This document shows positions 8,134 to 15,331 of a DNA stretch of 15,331 nt, piece by piece. Position 1 is the stretch's first letter; the number at the start of each line of letters is the position of its first letter. Under the pieces are notes generated by a model that was not told the origin of the DNA, did not search any database, and worked only from the letters and a program-made list of their open reading frames with translations. Where the stretch lies: the NCBI GenBank assembly GCA_050178385.1, contig JBFXGD010000076.1, positions 1 through 15,331 of the forward strand, given 5' to 3'. The position numbers and the translations under genes are program-made. Origin of the DNA: Calditrichaceae bacterium. GTDB taxonomy: Bacteria > Calditrichota > Calditrichia > Calditrichales > JBFXGD01.

Positions 8134-9480
8134 TTACCTGGTGGTCAGCAAAAGATTTCGGAATTCTCTCCAAAAATAGTATCCTGCCATAATACCAATA
8201 AATATCCCTGTAAAATCTATCAGCATCGGCGCCTGATCTGTGTTAAACAGCTGCAGGGTTTTCAGGATGATGATAAAAAGCAATGACAGCATCAAAAACA
8301 TAGCTTTATGTTTTATATTCCGGATTTCATAATATATCACTCCCGCGGGCGCAAATAATATCATGTACTTCGTAAAGAGAATAAATATTTCTGATGCTTT
8401 TGACGATGGAATGAATGAGTGCACATTAAATAATAAAAAGTTAAGTTTCTTCAAAATATATGCCGGTTCCGCGCTAAATATAAACGGATAGGAAAATTTA
8501 TACAGGAGAAAAAAGGTATAGTTAATCGAAAAGAAAATGACGAGTCTAACATTATTGTCATCGGATTTCCAGGCAATGTGAATATTTCTGCCAAACAGAT
8601 TCGGATGAAGAATCTGATATGTAGCTGTGCCGTACAAAATCCCAATCGAACCCATCAAAAGATCAGTCCATGAAAAAAATCTGGAAGCAACAAAAATCTG
8701 CATAGTCTCAATACCGGCGCAAACAAAGATTCCAATACCAAGACTCAGGATCGTTTGATTTGAATGCGACAGATGGAGGGCATATTTTCTGATGGTTCTG
8801 GCAAAAAGATAACCTCCTGTGCCATAAATAAATATGAGGTTAAACAGATCCATCGGGCTTGTCGCAATTCCCGTTTTTAGCTCAGAGATGAGCTGAACAT
8901 GTCTGGATAAACTTGACGGGGACAATGTGAAATTATATGGAGCGAGTCCCGATATCAGGAGCAGGGAAAGGTAAGTTCCAATGATGAGAATATCGGGATC
9001 TTTAATCCATTGCTCAGCGAAGCGGTACACTCGCAGATATATTTTTTTCTTTATCAAAAAATATGCAGTCAGAGCACCTATAAAAGTACCGGATGTATTT
9101 GTGATAATATCGAGAAATGATGCCGATCTGTTTGGAGTAAATACCTGAAGGGACTCTACAAAAAAGCTGACGAGCAGGCCTGCCAGAGTCACTTTAAATA
9201 GCGCGCTAAATTTAAAATTTATAAAATTTTTCTGAATCAGCGCACTTAGAAAGAAAAAACCGAAAGGTAGAAAAAACAAAATATTGGCGAGGGCATCCGC
9301 TTTGTCGTCCGGCGACAGAAAAAATCTTCCGTGAAATATTTCAAGACTTCGGTGTATATTCGAATTTATAATTTCTGGCGATAGGGTAAAGATAAAAGGA
9401 ATAGTTGTACCATAAATGATAAACAAAACATAAATTCCCGCGGCAGCGTTCCATTTTAGTTGTATAATTTTTGAAAACAT
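8134..9480 (-). CDS. VanZ-family polytopic membrane protein with three tandem VanZ-like repeats
   Basis: VanZ signature D..ANILFFLPFG...ESLQVFTPNRSASFLDIITNTSG, followed by two more diverged copies. Highly hydrophobic throughout. Confidence 0.85.
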   Translation of the reverse strand: MFSKIIQLKWNAAAGIYVLFIIYGTTIPFIFTLSPEIINSNIHRSLEIFHGRFFLSPDDKADALANILFFLPFGFFFLSALIQKNFINFKFSALFKVTLAGLLVSFFVESLQVFTPNRSASFLDIITNTSGTFIGALTAYFLIKKKIYLRVYRFAEQWIKDPDILIIGTYLSLLLISGLAPYNFTLSPSSLSRHVQLISELKTGIATSPMDLFNLIFIYGTGGYLFARTIRKYALHLSHSNQTILSLGIGIFVCAGIETMQIFVASRFFSWTDLLMGSIGILYGTATYQILHPNLFGRNIHIAWKSDDNNVRLVIFFSINYTFFLLYKFSYPFIFSAEPAYILKKLNFLLFNVHSFIPSSKASEIFILFTKYMILFAPAGVIYYEIRNIKHKAMFLMLSLLFIIILKTLQLFNTDQAPMLIDFTGIFIGIMAGYYFWREFRNLLLTTR

Positions 9481-9533
9481 AAATTATGGATACTTCCGTA
9501 GTATATTAAAAATTAGATCTTTATGACTAATCC

Positions 9534-9562
9534 ATACTAAGATGAAGCAGTGTTTCAGTCAA
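9534..9562 (-). promoter_or_regulatory. Putative sigma70-type promoter for the VanZ-like gene
   Basis: On the - strand: TTGACT (9562-9557), 17-nt spacer, TAGTAT (9539-9534), ending 53 nt upstream of the ATG at 9480. Confidence 0.5.
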
Positions 9563-9608
9563 AAATATTTGATTGGTTAAAATTTATAAGAATCAAAGTG
9601 CAAAAAGA

Positions 9609-9938
9609 TTATTCAGGATCACTTTTTTCTTTAATTATTGCTGAAGTCCTTTTGTAGATATCGATCCAGTACTCACTATTTTTTTTATTTGCTTCAATTG
9701 TACGAATAAATTCATCCGGAGTTGTGTTGTATTTTTTAAAGAGATTTTTTATTAATGCCATTTTTTCTGTATCTTCAACGGCAAGGTTTTCAATGATTGA
9801 TATTTCCGCTAGAACTGAACTGAATTTATCCTTTGACAAGTTTTTTTTTTGTTCTGATGAACAAGTTGAGAGGAAAATCGTAAAAAAAATCGTTAACCCT
9901 ATAAAGACATAATTAATTTTTCGAAAAATCATATTCAT
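9609..9938 (-). CDS. Small helical lipoprotein, DUF4296-like
   Basis: Basic n-region, hydrophobic h-region and lipobox LSTC (Cys26). The pattern FSSVLAEI.IIE...LFKKYNTT..EF..TI.......YW..IY resembles DUF4296 from recall; not searched. Confidence 0.7.
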   Translation of the reverse strand: MNMIFRKINYVFIGLTIFFTIFLSTCSSEQKKNLSKDKFSSVLAEISIIENLAVEDTEKMALIKNLFKKYNTTPDEFIRTIEANKKNSEYWIDIYKRTSAIIKEKSDPE

Positions 9939-10019
9939 TATCTGCCGTTTTAAATTGATTGTGTCATGAATTTAATAAAATTATATAAGTATTAGCAATT
10001 ATTTGTCTGTTTAATAGGC

Positions 10020-10067
10020 TTGACTGGATTTTGCTAATGGGTTATTTTAGGTAAAAGTTTCTGGAGG
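10020..10067 (+). promoter_or_regulatory. Putative sigma70-type promoter and Shine-Dalgarno sequence of the Omp85-mlaE-mlaF operon
   Basis: TTGACT (10020-10025), 17-nt spacer, TATTTT (10043-10048). GGAGG (10063-10067) lies 6 nt before the ATG at 10074. Confidence 0.55.
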
Positions 10068-10073
10068 CTACAG

Positions 10074-13000
10074 ATGTCCGGCTTGAAGCATGTTTTTTCA
10101 TTGCTCCTGTTGATTTTAGTTTTTTCCTGTAATTCTGTTTTTGCGCAGGGTTTTGGTAAAAACAAAGTTCAATATCGTGAATTCGACTGGCATTACTTAC
10201 AGTCAGAGCATTTTGATGTTTATTTCTATTCCGGCGGATATGATATAGCGGTGTTTACAGCAAATATAGCGGAATCATCATATGTTTCCCTGAAAAATGA
10301 TCTCCATTATGAATTGACAAAACGCGTTTCTCTTATTGTTTATAAATCCCATAATGATTTTCAGCAGACAAATGTTATTGATGTATACCTTACAGAAGGT
10401 ATAGGGGGTGTCACAGAACTTTACAAAAATCGTGTTGTCATTCCCTATGAAGGTTCTTTCTCCCAATTCAGGCATGTCATTCACCATGAGCTCGTTCATG
10501 CGGTTATGAATGATATGTTATATGGAGGATCCGTTCAGTCACTCGTCTCCGGCCAGGTAGCGCCTGTCCCCTTATGGTTTTCAGAAGGACTTGCAGAATA
10601 TCTTTCTGTTCGGTGGAATACCAGAACAGACATGATTCTAAGGGACGCGACCATAAGCGGTTACCTGCCACCTATAAACTATCTTAATTACTACCTTGCT
10701 TATCAGGGCGGAAACAGCCTGTTCAGATATATCGCCGAGAAATACGGTAATGAGAAGATTAGTGAAATAATCGGGAAGATAAAAGGAAGTCTGAGATTTG
10801 AAGCCGCGTTTAAATCGGCGTTGGGGATTGAACTTGACGAGCTCTCAGACAACTGGCGAAAAGAGATGCGAAAGGAGTACTGGCCCGATATCGCGGATAG
10901 AAAGGAAACAAAAGAAATAGCCAGGGCGATTACAAACCATAAAGAAAAAAGAAACTATCTTAATGTAAGTCCCGCCCTTTCGCCAAACGGCGATAAGATT
11001 GTTTTTCTCTCTGATATGGACGGGAAGCAGTCCATTTATCTTATGGATATAATGGAAAATAAAATTATAAAAAAGCTGATAAAAGGACAAACCAGCGTTG
11101 ATTTCGAAGAGTTACACTGGCTCAGTCCGGGTATGAGCTGGTCGCCGGATGGCGACCGAATCAGTTTTTCCGCAAAAGCAGGAGATCAGGATGCGCTCTA
11201 TATATATACCATCGCAGGTGAAAAGATTGAACAATTCAAATTCGGGCTGGACGGAATTTTTTCGGCGGCATGGTCACCAAAAGGCGATGAAATAGCATTT
11301 ATTGGTAATCTTGATGGGGCCAGCGACATTTATATATATAATCTTGATACAAAAAAACTTGAAAATATCACAAATGATGTTTTTTCAGACAGCGAGCCCG
11401 CATGGTCAGCGGACGGAGAGAGACTGGCTTTTGTTTCAGACAGAGATAAGTATATCAGTAGAGATATGATACCTGATGGGTTTAACATCGCCCATCATAA
11501 TTTTGAAAATACGGATATTTATCTTATAAACCGCGATGGATCCGGAAAAACCAGGATCACCGACGGCAATGACCGCGAATCGGATCCGGTTTTCTCTCCC
11601 GACGGGCAGAAACTGCTTTATGTGAGTGACCGGTCAGGGATATACAACATATACAAGCATGATTTGTCGACAGGTGAAAGCTACCCTGTCACCAATCTGT
11701 TAACAGGCGCTTTTCAGTTAACGACTGACAAGCATGGCAGCACTCTTGCTTTTTCTTCCTTTTCCGAAGGCGGATGGGATTTATTCACAATCCGGAATCC
11801 GTTCGAATTGCCTGAAGTAAGTATTGATAAAACTGTGTTTTATAAAAAGCTCGAAGAAAAGGATATTAATGAAATCCTGGCCATCAATACTATTCAGAAA
11901 GTTGAGGCGGATACATCTGAAAGAATTGTTAAAATACCCCGGGCGATAGACTACAGCAATTATGTTTTCGCTGATCTTGAACGACGTACTTCCACGGAAA
12001 TAAAAGATGTCACACTGGATGAAGATCATTATAAGCTGGAAGACGGCCATTACAAAGTTAGAAATTACAAAGTTAAGTTTTCCCCTGATATTGTAAACGG
12101 CGCGGCACAATATAACACTTTATGGGGATTTCAGGGATATACATCCATAGCATACAGCGATGTCCTCGGAAATCATAAAATATTTCTGGGTACAAACCTT
12201 GTTTTCGATTTGCGGAACAGTTATATAAACGCCCAGTATTGGTATCTGCCGAAGCGGATTGATTACGGCGCGAGCCTGTTTCATTATTCCAATACATATT
12301 TCTCATCAACAAACGGATTGCAGAGATTCAGAAATTATGGCTTATTTGCCATTGCCTCTCGCCCTTTTAATAAATTTGCGAGGGTGGATTTTTCATTGTA
12401 TTTCCTGAATGCAAGCCTGGAATATCTCGAGTATGATATCCCGACAGAAACCGTACAAAGTACACTGCCGGGGATTCAGTTTGTATATGACACGGCTGAA
12501 TGGTGGTACACGGGACCGCAGGATGGTTTTAGAGGCGCCGTCAGTTTAACATCGAGTCCTAAATATTCAAACGAAAGCCTGGAATTTACCACTGTAAAAG
12601 CGGATCTGCGAAAATATTATAAGATAACAAACGGATACAGCTTTGCATTTAGGGCTTATGCGGGCGCAAGCCGCGGTTCGGATCCACAGCAGTTCTATCT
12701 CGGAGGCGTATCGAACTGGCTGAACAGACATTATAAGGATGGTATCCGTATTAATTCAATCCGGGATGTCTATTTTTCAGAATTTGTAACACCGTTAAGA
12801 GGCGCGGATTTTTACGAAAAAGTCGGAAATAATTTTGTGCTTACCAATGCGGAATTCAGATTCCCGTTGATTCCGTTTATGCAATTGGGCTTTCCGCCCA
12901 TTAGTCTGGGAAACATCATGGGAGTGCTCTATACGGATGTCGGTTCGGCATGGTCGTCAGATGAACCTTACAAAGGGGTGGCGAAAGACGATCTCGGCAG

Positions 13001-13151
13001 TCACCGGACAAAAGATTTAGTTGTTGGATATGGCACCGGGGCGCGGTTATATTTCCTGGGATTATTACTTAAATACGATCTTGCCTGGAGATGGGATCTT
13101 CAGTCATCGAGTAAACCAAAACATTATATTTCGTTGGGTATCGACTTCTAA
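10074..13151 (+). CDS. Omp85/BamA-TamA superfamily outer membrane protein with N-terminal peptidase-MA (gluzincin) domain and PD40/TolB-like beta-propeller
   Basis: Signal peptide; HELVH (aa 138-142) with WFSEGLAEY (Glu171); six SPDG-type PD40 repeats (aa ~298-571); C-terminal ~360 aa of amphipathic beta-strands with PLRG (VRGF-like loop 6), NAEFRFP, DVGSAW, GxGAR and terminal ISLGIDF. Confidence 0.9.
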   Translation: MSGLKHVFSLLLLILVFSCNSVFAQGFGKNKVQYREFDWHYLQSEHFDVYFYSGGYDIAVFTANIAESSYVSLKNDLHYELTKRVSLIVYKSHNDFQQTNVIDVYLTEGIGGVTELYKNRVVIPYEGSFSQFRHVIHHELVHAVMNDMLYGGSVQSLVSGQVAPVPLWFSEGLAEYLSVRWNTRTDMILRDATISGYLPPINYLNYYLAYQGGNSLFRYIAEKYGNEKISEIIGKIKGSLRFEAAFKSALGIELDELSDNWRKEMRKEYWPDIADRKETKEIARAITNHKEKRNYLNVSPALSPNGDKIVFLSDMDGKQSIYLMDIMENKIIKKLIKGQTSVDFEELHWLSPGMSWSPDGDRISFSAKAGDQDALYIYTIAGEKIEQFKFGLDGIFSAAWSPKGDEIAFIGNLDGASDIYIYNLDTKKLENITNDVFSDSEPAWSADGERLAFVSDRDKYISRDMIPDGFNIAHHNFENTDIYLINRDGSGKTRITDGNDRESDPVFSPDGQKLLYVSDRSGIYNIYKHDLSTGESYPVTNLLTGAFQLTTDKHGSTLAFSSFSEGGWDLFTIRNPFELPEVSIDKTVFYKKLEEKDINEILAINTIQKVEADTSERIVKIPRAIDYSNYVFADLERRTSTEIKDVTLDEDHYKLEDGHYKVRNYKVKFSPDIVNGAAQYNTLWGFQGYTSIAYSDVLGNHKIFLGTNLVFDLRNSYINAQYWYLPKRIDYGASLFHYSNTYFSSTNGLQRFRNYGLFAIASRPFNKFARVDFSLYFLNASLEYLEYDIPTETVQSTLPGIQFVYDTAEWWYTGPQDGFRGAVSLTSSPKYSNESLEFTTVKADLRKYYKITNGYSFAFRAYAGASRGSDPQQFYLGGVSNWLNRHYKDGIRINSIRDVYFSEFVTPLRGADFYEKVGNNFVLTNAEFRFPLIPFMQLGFPPISLGNIMGVLYTDVGSAWSSDEPYKGVAKDDLGSHRTKDLVVGYGTGARLYFLGLLLKYDLAWRWDLQSSSKPKHYISLGIDF

Positions 13152-13153
13152 AA

Positions 13154-13924
13154 ATGGTTCAAGCAATCAGTGTTCTTGGCAGACGGACTATATTATTTCT
13201 GCAACAGACAGGCGCTGTATTTATTTTAGTGTTTAAAACAGCAGGATATTTTTCCCGTCTATGGTCTAATCGTCGACTTGTACTCGATCAGATGCTCGAA
13301 ATTGGAGTGAATTCAATCCCGCTGGTAATCTTTGTCGGTATCTTTGCCGGCGCGGTGGCCTCAGTACAGACTGCGTATCAGTTGAAGGGGTATATTTCCT
13401 ATAATTACCTCGGCGCGGCGACAAGTGTCGCGATTTTTATCGAATTAGGCCCTGTGCTGACGGCTTTGGTGATTGCGGGGAGAGTAGGCGCGTCCATCGC
13501 GGCTGAAATCGGAACGATGAAAGTCACCGAGCAGATTGATGCTCTTGAAGCACTTGCCATCGATCCCATACGTTATTTAGCCATGCCTCGTATTTTCAGC
13601 GGATTTATAATGATCCCCATACTGACCATCATCGCCGATTTTGTGGGGGTAATGGGGGCGTATGCCGTCGCTTATATCAATCTGGATCTTCCGCCGGAAA
13701 TATTTTTTGGCAGTGTAAAAGAATTTTTCTCCATACTTAACGTGATGTCCGGTTTGATCAAAGCCTTCTTTTTCGGAGGGATAACCGCAATTATCGGTTG
13801 TTATGTTGGCTTTAATACCTCCGGAGGCGCAGAAGGGGTTGGAAAAGCAACAATCCGCGCATTTGTGTTGTCATCGGCTTTAATTTTATTAAATGATTAT
13901 ATCCTTTCAGTAATATTGTTCTGA
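13154..13924 (+). CDS. mlaE: MlaE-family lipid ABC transporter permease
   Basis: Family signature ELGPVLTALVIAGRVGASIAAEIGTMKVTEQIDAL...PR, plus GLIKAFFFG and GGAEGVGKAT. Confidence 0.95.
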   Translation: MVQAISVLGRRTILFLQQTGAVFILVFKTAGYFSRLWSNRRLVLDQMLEIGVNSIPLVIFVGIFAGAVASVQTAYQLKGYISYNYLGAATSVAIFIELGPVLTALVIAGRVGASIAAEIGTMKVTEQIDALEALAIDPIRYLAMPRIFSGFIMIPILTIIADFVGVMGAYAVAYINLDLPPEIFFGSVKEFFSILNVMSGLIKAFFFGGITAIIGCYVGFNTSGGAEGVGKATIRAFVLSSALILLNDYILSVILF

Positions 13925-13928
13925 TAAA

Positions 13929-14705
13929 ATGATAATAATAAGAAACATAGTCAAAAGTTTTGATGAAAAGTCCGTTCTTCGGGGTGTCGATCTTGATATC
14001 CTTGATGGTGAAAAGCTCGTAATAATCGGTCAGAGCGGATGTGGAAAAAGCGTACTCCTCAAGCTGATACTCAACTTGTTGCAACCCGACAGCGGATACA
14101 TACTGGTAGATGACATAGCGATTAAAAAAGTCGGACAAACAGATTTATTCTCACTCCGGAAACAATTTGGGTTCCTGTTCCAGGGAGCCGCGTTATTTGA
14201 TTCTATGACTGTAGCCGAAAATATTTTCCTGCCGCTGGTTGAGCATACCAAAATGACGCCAAATGAGATTCGGATAAAAGTCGCGGAAAAACTTGATCTT
14301 GTCGGATTGCCCGGAATAGAAAATCTCAAACCGGCGGAATTGTCCGGAGGTATGAAAAAAAGAGTTGGATTGGCCAGAGCAATTATTATGGATCCTAAAT
14401 ATATTTTGTATGATGAGCCAACGACCGGGCTCGATCCGATTATGGCCGCCAATATTGATAAGTTAATAATTGAATTAAGCGAAAAATTAAACGTAACATC
14501 TATTGTTGTTACCCATGATATGCAAAGTGTTGCAAAAGTTGCTGACCGTGTCGTGATGCTGCATGACGGGATTATCATGTTTAACGGTAGCGTTGATGAA
14601 CTTCAGAACACTACTGAACCGGCAGTAAGACAATTTGTAAAGGGCAGCCCCGACGGACCGATACAATCCGGTCCCGGATTGAGTCAGAGCGTCTTACGTT
14701 CATAG
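13929..14705 (+). CDS. mlaF: MlaF/Mkl-family ABC transporter ATP-binding protein
   Basis: Walker A GQSGCGKS, Q-loop LFQGAALFDS, signature LSGGMKKRVGLARA, Walker B ILYDEPTTGLDP, H-loop VTHD and the MlaF-type tail VRQFVKG..DGPI. Directly follows mlaE. Confidence 0.93.
   Translation: MIIIRNIVKSFDEKSVLRGVDLDILDGEKLVIIGQSGCGKSVLLKLILNLLQPDSGYILVDDIAIKKVGQTDLFSLRKQFGFLFQGAALFDSMTVAENIFLPLVEHTKMTPNEIRIKVAEKLDLVGLPGIENLKPAELSGGMKKRVGLARAIIMDPKYILYDEPTTGLDPIMAANIDKLIIELSEKLNVTSIVVTHDMQSVAKVADRVVMLHDGIIMFNGSVDELQNTTEPAVRQFVKGSPDGPIQSGPGLSQSVLRS
14664..14681. repeat. Perfect 8-bp inverted repeat (hairpin) at the convergent mlaF/DMT junction
   Basis: CAATCCGG-TC-CCGGATTG, 2 nt downstream of the DMT stop on the - strand. 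No U-tract follows. Confidence 0.5.
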
Positions 14706-15331
14706 GAAAAAATAGTAAGTATACTACTCAGTATAAACAGCGCTCCTACAAAGAATGTAAGACCGGGATATTCATCGAAAAAAAATACCGCATAAATTGT
14801 GGCCAGAACAGGCTCTGCAAGCAGGGCGATATTTATTTTAAATACTTCAATCTTTCTTGATGCCCAGTTAAGCAGTGAATGTCCGATGAGATTCGGACCT
14901 AATGCAAGTAGGATCAGAAACAGCCAGCTTTCCTGCCCTAATCCTGTGAAATCCAGATCTGTTATGATCCCCGTAAGCAATAAAAAGATCGCGGCTGTTC
15001 CGTAAACCCATAACAGATATGGAATCAGCGCTGTTTTTGATGTCATCATTCGTGCAATTAATAAATAAGCGGCAAGACAGAAGGCGGATAATACGGCCAG
15101 TAAATCACCCAAAATCGCGCCGGGTGACTGACTGATATCACCTGAAATAATAAGATACATCCCTATCAGGCCGGAAATCATTCCTGCCGCAATCAGCCGG
15201 GTCCCTTTTTCCTTCAGAAATATAACGGATAATATCCACCCGAATATGGGATGTGTGCTCTCCAGGAAAATTGAATTGGCGACGGTGGTCAACTGCAGGG
15301 AATTTATCCGGGTGTAAATGTGGGCGGCGAG
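14684..15331 (-). CDS. DMT superfamily (EamA-type) transporter, 5'-truncated by the window edge
   Basis: The frame stays open from the window end (LAAHIYTRINSLQLTTVANSIFLESTHPIF...). EamA hallmarks FLKE, GDLLAVLSAF..AAY, GHSLLNW, LLAEPVLA and FFDEYP....VGA. The track's TTG at 15292 is internal. Confidence 0.9.
   Translation of the reverse strand, partial: LAAHIYTRINSLQLTTVANSIFLESTHPIFGWILSVIFLKEKGTRLIAAGMISGLIGMYLIISGDISQSPGAILGDLLAVLSAFCLAAYLLIARMMTSKTALIPYLLWVYGTAAIFLLLTGIITDLDFTGLGQESWLFLILLALGPNLIGHSLLNWASRKIEVFKINIALLAEPVLATIYAVFFFDEYPGLTFFVGALFILSSILTIFSYERKTL

Noticed and set aside
8134..9480. Glycopeptide-resistance (van) cluster
   Set aside because: No vanA/H/X/R/S or mobile element is nearby, and VanZ-like domains are widespread outside resistance loci.
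10074..13151. Calling this gene bamA or tolB
   Set aside because: No POTRA domains are evident and the peptidase and propeller domains are fused to the barrel, so neither symbol fits.
14030..14578. 182-aa minus-strand ORF
   Set aside because: Typical antisense shadow frame of an ABC ATPase gene, entirely inside mlaF.
1..15331. tRNA/rRNA genes, CRISPR arrays, IS elements, prophage or defence genes
   Set aside because: Intergenic gaps are all under 200 nt, with no cloverleaf, repeat-spacer pattern or terminal inverted repeats seen. No transposase, integrase or defence-type ORF was recognised.

Overview
Gene-dense, fairly AT-rich bacterial chromosomal segment from a diderm organism. An FCB-group or neighbouring lineage such as Calditrichota/KSB1/Ignavibacteria is suggested by the DUF4296-like lipoprotein, the Gln after the signal peptide and the propeller-Omp85 protein, but this is inference only. 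The + strand opens with a partial ruvX/yqgF, then aroF (type I-beta DAHP synthase), tyrA, a Gfo/Idh/MocA oxidoreductase, lnt and an NAD-dependent epimerase. An amylo-alpha-1,6-glucosidase (glycogen debranching) homolog follows under its own predicted promoter; its catalytic motifs look degenerate. On the - strand are a triple-VanZ membrane protein and a DUF4296-like lipoprotein. Divergent from them is a tight three-gene operon: a POTRA-less Omp85 barrel fused to an HExxH gluzincin domain and a TolB-like beta-propeller, then mlaE and mlaF, with no mlaD/MCE gene. A convergent, partial EamA/DMT transporter gene closes the window. No tRNA, rRNA, CRISPR array or mobile element was recognised. The best candidate for an undescribed system is the peptidase-propeller-Omp85 plus MlaEF operon with its divergent lipoprotein and VanZ neighbours. 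The second is the apparent debranching pseudoenzyme behind two operator-like boxes. All motif calls are by eye; no searches were run.
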